64,000 bases of DNA from Scenedesmus sp. PABB004 (Eukaryota), in NCBI GenBank assembly GCA_014905635.1, contig JABVCE010000003.1:1302001-1366000 (forward strand). The letters run 5' to 3'. Below, piece by piece: positions 48,993-60,741 of this stretch. Numbering within the stretch: position 1 is the stretch's first letter; each line of letters starts with the position of its first letter. Position numbers and translations under genes: made by a program. Under the pieces are notes generated by a model. That model had not been told where the DNA came from. It ran no database searches and saw nothing but the letters and a program-made list of their open reading frames with translations.

Positions 48993-51900
48993 CCCTGCCG
49001 CCGACGCGGCCCTGCCGCCGCCCGCCCTGCCGCCCAGGCGTGCGCGGGGCTGTCCTACTCGTTCAGTGTGTACGCGCCGACGCTCAAGGACGCGCTGGGG
49101 CTGAGCCAGACCCAGATGGCGAGCGTCGGCAGCGCAGTCAACCTTGGCGGTTACGGGGCGATCTTTTCGGGCAGCGTCTACGACGCGCTCAAGGACCAGC
49201 ACCGCCTGGGGCCGCGGTGCGCGCGCACCGCGTGCGGCGCAGCGCGCCCAGCGCGCCCAGCGCGCGCCGCCGCCGCCGCCGAGCCCCGCACCGCCGCGCC
49301 GTGCCGCGCGCGCAGGCTGACTGTGTGGCTGGGTGCGCGACCTGACCCGCGCAGCCGGGGCGCGGCAGTCCCGCGCGCGCGCGCGCGCCGTCGCCGGCGT
49401 CCGCTGCGGGCGCTCTTGCTGCGCGCCAGCTGACCAGCAGCCGCGCTCGAACGCCGCAGGCTGCCTGTGCTGCTTCTGTGGCTATCTCGGACTCTATCTC
49501 ATGGTCAGCGGAGCCGCGCCAAACAGCTTCCCCCAGCTGCTCGTCTTCGCCGTCGCCGCGGGTGCGCCGCCGCCGCCGCCGCCGCGGGGCGCAGCCGCGC
49601 GTCCGCCGTCGCGCCTGACGACGCCCGCCGCCGCCGGCGCTGCCGCAGGCAACTCGGGCACCTGGTTTGACACCTCCTCGCTCGTGACCAACGTGCGCAA
49701 CTTTCCAAACGACCGCGGCTTTGTGGTGGGCGTGCTCAAGTCGTTCCTCGGCCTCTCCAGCTCCCTCTACACCAGCATCTGTGCGCGCGCGGCGCCCGCG
49801 GCGCCGCCGGCCGCGCCAACGCAACGCGCGCCCCCTGCGCTGCGCCGCTAGCCCGCCTCGCGGCCGCCCGAGCCGCCCGGGCGCTGCGCCGCCTCCTCCT
49901 CCGCCCCGCGCCGCCGACCAGACATGGCCTACTTTGAGCCGGACGCGGCGGCCTTCCTGCTCATGCTCGCGCTCGTGCCGAGCGCCGTCACCGGCGTGCT
50001 GAGCTTCTGCCTCAACCACGTGCCCTTCGTTGAGGCGGCGGAGGGCGCCGCCGGCGCGGGGAGCACCGAGAGCCGGTGCGCGCCGCCGCCGCGGTCCGCC
50101 CGGCCGCCCACACGCGCGCGCGCCGCACGGCCGACCGCGCGCCGCACGAGCAACCGCCGCCGCCGCGGCGCCGCAGCTTCCTGGCGTCGTTCCTGGTCGT
50201 CGCGGGGCTTGCCCTGTACCAGATGGCCTGCGCGGTGCTGGTCGGCCGGCAGGCGCTCGGCCCGGGCGTGCGCGGCGTGACGGTGCTGGGCATGGCGGCG
50301 CTGCTCTGCCTCGCCGCGGGGCTGCCGCTGCGCTGCGGCGGCTGGCGGGCGGTGTACGCGCATGACTACATCACCACGCCGCCGCGGGAGGGCCTCCCGG
50401 ACGAGGAGCCCCGCGCCGGCCGCCGGCGCGGCACCGGCGAGGGCGGCGGCGAGCCGGGCAGCCCGCCGGCGGCGTGCGGCGCGCGCGGCAGGTGCGGCCG
50501 GCGGCGGCGGCGGCGGCGCTGGCGCTGCCGGCGCCGGTGCTGCCGGCGCTGGGCGGGGCCGCGCCGCCGGCTCACGCAGGCCCGCCCCCGCCGCCCCGCC
50601 CCGCGCAGCCTGGTGCTGCACGGCGGCACGGCGCACCACCGAGCAGTGGCGTCGTCCAGCGGCGGCGGCAGCCGCCCGGGCTTCCCCGTGCGCGTGGCGC
50701 CCGGCAGCGCCGGTGGCCACCGCAGCTGCTCGCCGGTCCCCGCGGCGAGCTGGGGCGCCAGGGGCCGCGCCAGCGGCGGCGGCAGGGGCGGCCGGCGCAG
50801 CTCGCTCTCCGGCCGCGACGGCGAGCCGGACGACGCGGCGGAGGCCGCGCCGCTCCTGGCGGCGCCCGGCGCCGACAAGCCCGGCGCCGGCGCGGGCGGC
50901 CCGGGCTGCAACGGCGTGTGCGGGCCCGCGCCCGGCGCGCCGGAGCCGCCGCCGCCGCCGCCCGCCGTGGGCGGCGGCCTGACGACGCTGCAGATGGTGC
51001 GCTGCCTCGACTTCTGGCTGCTGTTTTTCCAGTTTATGGTCGCGAGCGGCGTGTGCCTCGCCTACCTCAACAACCTGGGCCAGATCGTGACCAGCCTCGG
51101 CGGCGGCCACGACGGGCAGGTCGTGTTCGTCAGCCTCTTCAGCGTCGCCAACGCCGCAGGTGCGCCGCGGCAGCCGCGCCGCCGCGCCGCCGCCCTGCGC
51201 CGCGCTCCGCTCTGCCGCCGCAGCCGGCGCGGCGCGCACACCCGCGCGTGTCCGCCCGCCCCGCGCGTGCCGCCCGGCCCGCCCCGCCCGCCGCCCGGCC
51301 AGGCCGGCTGCTGATGGGCTACGTCCCGGAGCAGGCCCTGCACGCGGCGGGGCGGCCGCGCACGGCATACCTCACAGCCACCGCCGCCCTCACCGCCGCG
51401 TCGGCGGTCGCGCTGGCCTTTGCCCGGCTCGGCCACCTCTACGCGATCAGCCTCCTCCTCGGCGCCGTGTTTGGGGGCACTGGAGCCTGCTGCCCGCCAT
51501 CACGAGGCGCGCCGCGCCGCGCCGCGGCTGCAGCGCCGGCGCCCCTCGGCCCGTGTGCGGCGCCGCGCGCAGCACCCCCCCCCCCACACCCACCCGCCCG
51601 CGCGCGTCCGCCCACGCCCGCGCCCGCCCGCGCGCAGCGACCTGTTTGGCCTGAAGCACTTTGCCGCCAACTACACGACGCTCCAGTTTGCGCCGGCGGC
51701 GGGCTCGTACCTGCTCGCCAGCTGGCTCACTGGCGCGCTTTATGATGCCGCCGCGCGCGCGCACGGCGACCCGCACGACTGCATCGGGCCCGACTGCTTC
51801 CGCCGCGCCTTCCTGCTGCTGGCCGGCCTCGCCGCGGTCGGCGCCGTCGCGTGCGCCGTCGCGACGGCGCGCAGCCGGCGCGCCTACGCGGCGATGGCAC

Positions 51901-52031
51901 AGCACCTGCGCGCCGTCGACGTCGCCGAGGGCCACCACCACGCGTACGGCGGCGCGCCCGCGCCGCCGCGCGGCGCCGAGGCCCGCAGCAGCCTGAGCGG
52001 CAGCGGCGGCGGCGGCGCGCCGGTGGTGTGA
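48832..52031 (+). CDS. Nodulin-like (NFD4-type) MFS transporter; apparent 1-nt frameshift near 51477
   Basis: FIQ|ACAGLSYSFSVYAPTLK; GNSGTWFDTSSLVTNVRNFPNDRGFVVGVLKSFLGLSSSL; LDFWLLF..NNLGQI; SLFSVANAA|GRL; SDLFGLKHFAANY; CIGPDCF. Confidence 0.9.
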
Positions 52032-52261
52032 CCGTCTGCGACCTTGCTCGCCCGGAGCCTGAACCCTGAACCTCCGCGCTTCAAACCCCTCGAGCCGCCG
52101 CCGACAGCCCGTGCCGCGTGCCCGCCCGGTCGGTCTCCCGCGCAGAGTTCGGCCGCTTGGTAGTCGCAGGGCAGCTCGAGCCCCGCACGGGCGCCGCGCG
52201 CGGCAAAGCAGCGGCGGTCGCGCTGCGGCCGCTGCCGCCGCGCTGCGAGCTCGCAACTCCG

Positions 52262-55200
52262 ATGCCGGGCGCCTCCGAGTCCGACGATGACTGGCAGGCG
52301 CCAAACAGCACGCGCGCTGCCCGCCGCGTGAAGGCGCTGGGCCGGGCGGGCGCCGCGACGCCCGGCAGCGGAGTTGTGAGCAGCGCCGCCAAGCGCCGGC
52401 CCGTGAGCGCCACCCCGCGCCCCGCGAAGCGGCCCTCGCCACCGGCCGAGCGTCAGGAGCCCAGTGCGTTGCCCAGCGCGCCCGCCGGAGCCGCGGCGCC
52501 GGGCGGCGCGCCCGGGCGCGCGCGCGACGACGGCCCAGCTCGGCCGGCGGCGGCGCAGCGCGCCAGCCCTGTGCCGGGCGGCGCGGCGCGGCTGGAGAGT
52601 GGGAGCGTGGGAGGTGATGACGACGGCAACGACTGGCTGCAGCAGGAGCTGTTTGCCGCGGACGACGACCTGGAGTGGGGCGGCGACGAGCAGCAGTGGC
52701 CGAGCCGGCAGCCGAGCGCCGCTCGCGACCCCGCGCCTGGCGAGCCGCCCGGCGGCGGCACCGACGCCGCCGGCGGGGGGCAGCTGTGCCCCGTGTGCGG
52801 CTGCTGCCTGTCGGGTGTGTCGGACACGGAGGCGGGCCAGGCTTCGCACGTGAACGCGTGCCTCGACGCGGCAGCAACGCAGGGCGCGCCGCCGCCGCGC
52901 GCCGGCGCGCTGGCGCTGCAGGTGGCGCCGGACGACGACGAGGACGGCGTGGCCGCGTGGCTGGCCGGCGTCGCCGCGTCGGCCGCGCTGCCGGCGTTCC
53001 GGGACGCAGAGGTGGACCTGAGCGTGCTGCCGCACCTCAACGACCACGACCTCCAGGTGCGGCCGCGCTGGCCGGCTGGGTGAAGCTGGCCGCTGACGTG
53101 CACGCCCATGCTGCTGCGGGCTTCCCACGCTGCCGCCGCCGCCGTGCGCAGGCGATGGGGGTCGACGACGCCGCGCTGCGCGGCCGCATCCTGGCGGCGG
53201 CGACGCAGCAGCAGGACGGCGGCGGCGGCGGCGGCGGCAGCGGCGGCTCGCCGCCGGGCGCCACCGGCAGCGGCTGGAGCAGCAGCAGCAGCGGCGCCAG
53301 CTCGGAGGACGAGGCCGGCAATGACGACGCAGGCGACGGCGACTGGGGCGACGTCGAGGAGCCGGGCGACGGCGGCCTGCTGGATGGGACCGCCTGGGGC
53401 GCGGCCAAGGCACAGCCGCGGCGGGCGCCGCTGGCAGCCGCCGCGCCACGCAGCGACAACGCCGGCGACAACGCCGGTCGCGCGGCAGCGGGCGCGGATG
53501 GCCAGCAGAGCAGCATCACCGGCTGGCTGCAGCTGGGCCGGCAGCAGGAGCCGCAGGGCCAGGAGGGCCAGCAGCACGGCGAGAACCCGCGGCAGCCGGC
53601 GGCGTCGGCGAAGCAGCAGTGGCAGGCGCTCTTTGCTCGGCCCGGCCGCGTGCTGGCTCCGCCGCAGCCGCTGCCCGAGCGGCAGCCGCGCCGCGCACAG
53701 GCGGCGATCGGGCCGGGCGGGCGGCTGACCGCGGCGGCGCCGGGGCAGCAGCTGGCAGCCGCACGGCCGCCGGCGCCGCTGCCCAGCCTGAACCGCGGCC
53801 GCACCGCCGACCTGCCCAGGTGCGCCGCGCGACGCGCGCAGCCGCGGCGCCGCCGCACGCGCCGCGCCGCGCCGCCGCCGCCGCCGCCCGCCGCCGCCGC
53901 CGACGGCCCCGCTGCCGCCGCGCAGCTGGTGGCCCGCGTGGCGGCGGCTGCCCGGCACCAACATCGTCGTCGACTCGTTTGGCCCCACCAGCAAGTCGCT
54001 GGGCCTGGGGCGCACCTGGATTCTCACTCACTTTCACGCCGACCACTACATGGGCCTCGGCAAGTCGTTCAAGCAGGGCACCATCCTCTGCACGCCCGCG
54101 ACAGCCGCGCTCGCGCGGCTCAAGCTGCGCGTGCCCGAGGCCGCGCTGCGCCCGCTGCCGCTCGGCGAGGAGGTGACGGTCGAGGGTGAGGCGCGCGCCA
54201 GGCCGGGGCGCGCACTGGCCGCGTGCCGGGCTCCGGGCGCCGGGCTGCGCGCTGGGTTGCGCGCTGGGCTCCGAGCCGCCGCGCGCCGCCGCCGCGGCAG
54301 GCACGCGGCTGCAGTTCGTCGACGCCAACCACTGCCCCGGCTCGGCGATGGTCGTCGCGCACCCGCCCGGCGGCGCGCCGCCCGTGCTGCACACGGGCGA
54401 CGCGCGGCTGAGCCCGGAGGTCATGACCGCCCAGCCGGCGCTGCAGGCGCTCGTGGGCCGCGCGGTGCTCGTGCTCGACACCACGTACGCAGACACCCGC
54501 TACGACTTCCCGCCCCAGGCGGCGGTGCTCGACTGCGTGCTGCAGCGCGTCCAGGTGCGCGTCGCTTGCCTGCCGCACGCCGCGCGCGAGACGCGCCTTA
54601 AGCCGCGCCCCTTGCCACGCGCCACGCCGCGCGCCACGCGCCCGGGCGTCAGGCCGAGGCGTTCAACCCGCGCACGCTGTTCCTGTTTGGGACCTACACC
54701 ATCGGCAAGGAGCGCCTCTTCATGCACGTCGCGGCGGCGCTGCGCGAGCGCGTGTACGTCTCGGCCGCCAAGCGCGGCGTGCTGGCCTGCCTCGGTCTGC
54801 CGCCGGAGCAGGCCGCGCTGCTCACGGCAAACCACCTTGACGCGCGCATCCACGTGGTGCGGCCTGCGCGGCCGCGCGGCCGCCGGGTCAGCCCGCCCGC
54901 GCGCCGCGCCGCGCCGCGCTGCGCCATGCCGCGCCGCCCAGCGCGGCGCCGACGGAGCCCCGCCGCGCGGCGGCGCAGGTGCCGATGCGGCAGGTGAGCC
55001 TGGCGGAGATGGAGTCGCTGCTGGTGCGCTACAAGGGGCGCTACACCTCGGTGGTGGGCTTCCAGCCCACGGGCTGGGCCCACGGCGGCGGCGGCGGCGC
55101 GCGCGGCGGCGCCGGCATCTCCCGCGCGAGCGCGAGCGTGCGGCCCAGCAAGCGCCTGCGGCGCGGCTCAGTGGTGCTCTACCAGGTGCGGCGCCGCCGC

Positions 55201-56128
55201 CAGCGGGGAGGGCGGGACGAGGGAGGGGGCGGGCCGGCCGCGCCGAGGCGGGGCTGGCGGGGCTGGCCGGCTGGCACGCCGCCGCCCGACAGCGCCGCCG
55301 CCGCCGCCGCCCGGCGCGGCCCAGGTGCCCTACTCGGAGCACTCGAGCTGCGAGGAGCTGCGCGCGTTTGTGGAGTGGTTCAAGCCGATCGGCATCGTCC
55401 CCAGCGTAAGCAACGACAGCGGGCCCAAGCTGCGCGCGATGCTCGCGGCGCTGGCCCGGCCGGGGCCCACGGTGGGGCCGATGGACGCGTTTGCCCGCCG
55501 CGCCCCGCCGCCGGCGGCGCGCGAGCCCGGGGAGCCCGGCGGCGGCGGCCGAGCGCCGGCGCCGCAGGCGCAGCAGGCGCAGCAGGCGCCGGCGCTGCTG
55601 CCGGCGCCGCCGGCGCTGCTGCCAGCGCCGCCGGCAGCCCTACTGGCGCAGCAGCAGCACCAGCACCAGCACCAGCAGCCGTGGGAGCAGCAGCCGCCGC
55701 GGGAGCAGCGGCTGCAGCAGCCGCCGCGGGAGCAGCGGCTGCCGCCGCGGGAGCAGCAGCTGCAGCAGCCGCCGCGGGAGCAGCGGCTGCCGCCGCGGGA
55801 GCAGCAGCTGCAGCAGCCGGGGGCTGCGCTGAAGCGGCAACAGCTGCCGCCGCAGCGCCAGGACCAGGCGCGCGGCGGCGGCGGCTGGCTGGCTGCCGGG
55901 CGGCAGCTGCAGCTGCCACCGCAGCAGCAGCCACTGCAGCAGCAGCCGCAGCCAGTGCAGCAGCCACAGGCGAGGCAGCAGCCGCAGCCAGTGCAGCAGC
56001 CACAGGCGAGGCAGCAGCCGCAGCCACACCACCAGCCAGCAGGCCGGGCGCCGCAGTCAGCCGGGCGGCCCGTGCGGCGCCTGCTGTCGTCGGTCACTGG
56101 CGGCGGCGAGCCCGCGTGGCAGGGCTGA
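52262..56128 (+). CDS. SNM1: SNM1A/DCLRE1A-like DNA cross-link repair nuclease with UBZ-like zinc finger and SAM domain
   Basis: CPVC..HVNACLD zinc finger; FRDAEVDLSVLPHLNDHDLQ|AMGV SAM-like segment; LTHFHADHYMGL; DANHCPGS; LHTGDAR; LDTTY; GTYTIGKE; VPYSEHSS; Gln/Pro-rich tail. Confidence 0.92.
55687..55818 (+). repeat. Coding minisatellite (QQPPREQR/QL repeats)
   Basis: Five CCGCCGCGGGAGCAG units in the SNM1A tail. Confidence 0.8.
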
Positions 56129-56650
56129 CGAGCGAGCGCGATGGAGGAGAGCGTATTGGTCGTCGTTATACCGGCTCCACGGCGCGTTTGCAGCGCCATC
56201 AGCACTTGCGCAGTGCGCAGTGCCATGAGGGGGGAGGCGTGCAGCGGGAGAGTTGGGTCCTAAGCGCCGAGCGCGGCCCGAGCAGCTGAATAAGCGCAGG
56301 GGCGTCCCACTCGTGGGTTGACCCCCGCCGGGTGAATCGGGGCATGCGCTGGGTGGGCTCTGTGCCGACGCACAGGCATCAGTGCTGCGCGCAAGGCGCG
56401 CGTGTGCGCGCACCCGGGCAGCCGGCCCGGCACGCCGCCGCCGCGCGCGCCGGCAGGCGCGCCCGCTATGCACGTCCGAGCAATCCGACCGACCGAGCCA
56501 TCGCAACGCGGCCGCCGTGCCGCCACGGCAAGCAACGTGTGCGCCTGACGAGCGCTCTGCGGCACAGCCACGAGGTCGCCGGCAGCCGCCCGCCGGCGCA
56601 GCACGCTCTCAGGCCAGCCCCGCCACAGGCCGCGCACGCGTCGCCGCGTC

Positions 56651-56655
56651 TTACA
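56651..56655 (-). promoter_or_regulatory. TGTAA polyadenylation signal
   Basis: TTACA on +, downstream of the stop at 57046. Confidence 0.45.
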
Positions 56656-57045
56656 GTGTTTGGCAATTTGTCGTCAGCAGCAGCGCAGGCGGGTGCATTC
56701 AACACAGGACAGGATGGGTGTGGTGGCCGCCCCTCAGCAGACCGGGGGACGCCCCCGGCGCTGTGGGCGGCCCGCCCGGCGTTTGAATGCGACGACAGGC
56801 CAGCAGCACCCGATCACGCCCACGAGCCAGCCGCTCACCACCAATCGACAACGCAGCGGCCCGCCGGCCGCCGACTCAGCCAGGGTCCAGAGTTCATTCA
56901 TCCCCTCCCTTTCTTTCGACGCAGGCGGGCGCGGGGAGCGCGCGTTCGGCAGCATGCACGCCGCCCCACCACGTCGCCGCGCCACGCGCTGCGACAGGCC
57001 CGCGCCCTCGCCCTGCCGGCGCGCGGGCCCCTCGCAGCCCGCGCC

Positions 57046-60000
57046 TCACAGCAGCGCGAGGCCCGCGAGCGCCGCCGCGACAAGGCCCGCCGCGGAGGAC
57101 CGCGCCGGCGCGGCCGCGCCGCTCGTCGCCGCGCCGCGCCGCCGGCTCGCGCGCGCCGCGCAGCCGGGGTCGGCCTCGGACGCGCAGCCCGGCGCGATGA
57201 GGCTGCCCGGCGGCATCACGCCCGACTCGGCGTCCATGATCGCCATGTCCCATGTGTCTGTAAAGTAGATGGTGGGGTCGTAGTACAGGCTCTGGGCAAA
57301 GTAGCCAAACGTGAGGCTCAGCCGCGCGGCGCCGCCGATGGCCGTCGCGTTGGCCGACGTCGCGAGCGCGATGGTGACGTTGGACTCGCCGCTGAAGTTG
57401 GAGCTCGCAAACGCGTAGGTCGGCATCTCAATCGCGCCCGCGAGCCCCGGGCCGACGAGGAGCTTGGCCGTCGTGCTGCGCTTGACGGGGCGCCGCGGCG
57501 CGCCGTCCGAGCCGAGCGCGGCGAGCGCGTCGAGCGAGGGCGCGCCCGGCGCGCCGGCCATGCCCGGCAGGCCGCGCAGCGCGGTCAGGCCCACCGCCGC
57601 GGCGGCGCGGCGCGCGAGCGCGGTCGCGGCGTCGTCCGCGGCCGGCTCCTCCGGCTCAAAGAACCCTGCGCCGTAGTTGTGCGCGACTGCGGCGGCATCA
57701 TGGCGCGTGCGCGTGTGAGTGCGGCGCACGCAGGCGCGGCGCGGCGCGCGCCGCCCGTGCCCGCCCGCGCGGCCGCGCCGCGGCCTCACATTGGTGCAGC
57801 CGCCGCGCCGAGCCGGCGGGGACGGGGAAGCTCGACTCATCCATGCCCTCCTCCTCCTCCTCCTCCCCCAGCATCTCTGCGCGCGCGCGGCACGTGGCAG
57901 GCGCGGTCAGAGCCCCGCCGCCGCAGCCAGCGGCGGCAGGCGCGGCGCAGGGCGCGGCGCCCCGCGGCGCGCTGCTGCGCCCCCGGCGGCCCGGCGCGCC
58001 GCCCGCACCGGACGCGGCGTTGGCGGTGATCTGCGGCTGGCTGTCCTTGACCGTCGACGCGGCGACCAGCTCCAGCTTGAGGGTGTTGTACAGCGAGCAG
58101 AAGGGCCTGCGCGGGGCGCGGCGTGAGCGCCTGCTGCGGGCCCCCCGCGCGCGCCGCGCCGTGCACCGCGCCGCGCGCCGCGCAGCGCGCCGCGCCGCCG
58201 CGCCGCCCCACCAGTTGGCCGCCTCGACCGTGAACTTCACGCTGCCCGCGGGCGCCGCCGTGACGCGGCCGGCGCCGTAAGGAAAGGTCTTGTTGGCGGT
58301 GAAGCCAAACATAAACGTGAGCTTGAGCTCCGGCACCGCCTCGCCCGGGTACGCCTGCACGCCGCCGCCGCCCTGCGCGGCCGCGGCAGCCTGCGCCGCG
58401 GCCGCCTGCGCCGCCGCCGCGGCGGCGAGCGCCTGCGCGGGGCTCTGCATCGGCGCCTCCGCGTTGATCGGCAGCCGCGAGGCGGCCGCGGGCGGCGCGT
58501 TGGGCGCGACGACGACCGGCAGGCGCACCGGCTCCGCGCTTGCGGGCGGCGCCGGCTCGGGCGCGTCCACCGCAACGTTTGCGGGCACCGGCTCCGGCTC
58601 GGCCGGCTTGGGCGCCGCCGCCGCCGCCGCCGGCGTCGGTGCGACGGCGGGCTTGGCCGCAGCCGCGGGCGCCAGGGACGCCGCCGCAGGCTTGGCCGCG
58701 GCCGCGGGAGCCAGGGGCGCCGCTGCGGGCTTGGCCGCCGCGGCCGCGGGAGCCAGGGGCGCCACCGCGGGCTGGGCCGCCGCGGCTGCGGGCAACACCA
58801 GGGCTGGCTTCGCTGCGGGAGCAACCAGCGGCGCGAGCACGGGCTTGACCGCAGCAGCTGCCGTGGCCGGCGCAGATGCGGGCTTGGCAGCCGACAGCAC
58901 CCCTGCCAGGGCCGCCGGTAGCGACGGCAGCTGCGCGGGGAGCGATGCCGGCTTGGCCGCCGGCGCTGCCAGCAGCGGCTGCGGCGCGGGGCCCACGGGC
59001 AGCGGCAGGGGCTTGGCCGCCGCCGCCGCTGGCGCCGGCGCTGCCGCCACCGCCGCGGGGGCCGCCGCCGGCGTCGCCAGCGGCAGCAGCGCAGGCTTTG
59101 CCGCCGCCGCCGCCAGCGGCAGCTGCAGGGGCTTGGCCGCGGCCGGAGCCACCACCGCTGGCGCCGCCACTGTCGCGGCGGCCGCCGGCAGCGGCGCGGG
59201 CTTTGCCAGTACGGCCGCCGCCGCCGCCCCGGGCGCCGCGAGCGCGGCAGGGACGACGGCCGGCTTGAGTGCCGGCGCTGCCGCGGCCATGCCTGGCAGC
59301 ACGATGGGCGCTGCAAGCAGGTCGCCCGCCGCCGCCGCGACGGCCGCCGCCGCCGAGACTGCGGGCGTCCGGAACGCGCAGCTCTGGTTGGTGGCCGAGT
59401 CGTACCCCCAGGCCTGGCCCAGGCTGTCCAGCTCAAAGTTGGTGGCCGTCTTGTTGTAGGGGCACGTGATCGCGACAGCAAACGACGCCGGTGGCACTGC
59501 GGGCGATCAGGGGGGCCAGCCCGTTGCGAGACTCGCGCTCGCCGCGCGCCGCGCGCGACGACGGGCTGCGCCGCGCGGCTGCGGGCCGCCGCGGCGCACC
59601 GGGGATCTCGACGGGCAGCCCCGCCAGCCGCCTGCCGTGCGACACGAGCGCGTCGAGCGCGGCGGGGTCGGGGCCGGCGAGGGCGTAGTCGGCGGGGAGC
59701 AGGCCGGCGCCGACCGCCATCGTGCTCGCCTGCGGCACCGCCATGCCCGGCGGCAGCCCCGCCACGCCCGCGCCGCCGGGCAGGGGCATGGGCGGGCCGC
59801 CCTCCTGGGGCTGGATGCCCAGCTGGTAGGCGCGGGCGACGATGCTCTCCAGGGTGGGGCACGCCGCGCGCGACAGCGCCGCCGCGAGCGCGGGGCCCTG
59901 GAAGCTCATCGTCACGTACTCATACTCTGAGTTGCCGCTGATGCGCTTCCCTGCGCCCGCCGCGCCGCCGTGGGGCGGTCCGTGGGCGGCGGGCGGGCGC

Positions 60001-60326
60001 TCCCGCGCGCCATCCGCGGTCGCGGGCGGCCACTACCGCGCCCCCGCCCGCGCGCGCGCCGCCGCACCGCTGGAGAGCTCGGGCGACAGCTTGGAGATGT
60101 CGGGGATGACGTGCCCCGCGATTGGCTGCCCGAACGCGTCCAGCTCGCTGAGCGCCCCGAGCTTGAAGGCCATGTAGCAGCCGCTGCAGTTTGCCGCCTT
60201 GGCGGGGAAGTACTTGAACTCCGCCGAGTCGCCCAGGAACTGGAGGGCCTCGCCCGTAGCGAACTCGGTGCGCGAGGCCGCAGCAGCGCCGGCCACCAGC
60301 GCCAGCAGCGCCAGCGCGCGCATCAT
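57046..60326 (-). CDS. Secreted / likely GPI- or membrane-anchored cell-surface protein with Ala-Pro-Lys repeats
   Basis: Signal peptide MMRALALLALVAGAAAA; Cys-containing globular parts; DSLGQAWGYDSATNQSCAFR module; many AAAKP repeats; SVKFTVEAANW|PFCS; hydrophobic C-terminus SSAAGLVAAALAGLALL*. Confidence 0.78.
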
Positions 60327-60741
60327 GGTGCCTGGAGGCGCGCGCCCTGACTTGGCCGTGTGTCTGTCTAGCCGCTCGACCGCCGCGGAGGGGGCGCGGG
60401 CGCGCCGGCCGGCCGCGCGAGCCAGCTGCGGGTTTCCGCCCAGCCGCGCCCCGAAACGAGTGCTCGCGAGCGCTCGACGGCATGCTTCCCACGCTCACAC
60501 GGCTGCCGGCGAGCTCTGGCAGCAGCCTCCGCGCCCCACGCCTCGCGCCCGCGCCGGGAGGGCAAAGTCGCCAGCTCGCGTCCACGACAGCTCAGCCCCT
60601 CCCCGTCGACCTCAACCGCCTGGCCCGGAGCTCTGTAACCACTGCTCGCGGTCGTTCAGCTCAGGCGTGGAGGCCGCAGGGGCGGCGCGGCCGCGGCGCG
60701 CGCTCTGCAACCCGCCGCTGCTCCGCGCGCGCGGCGCGGCC

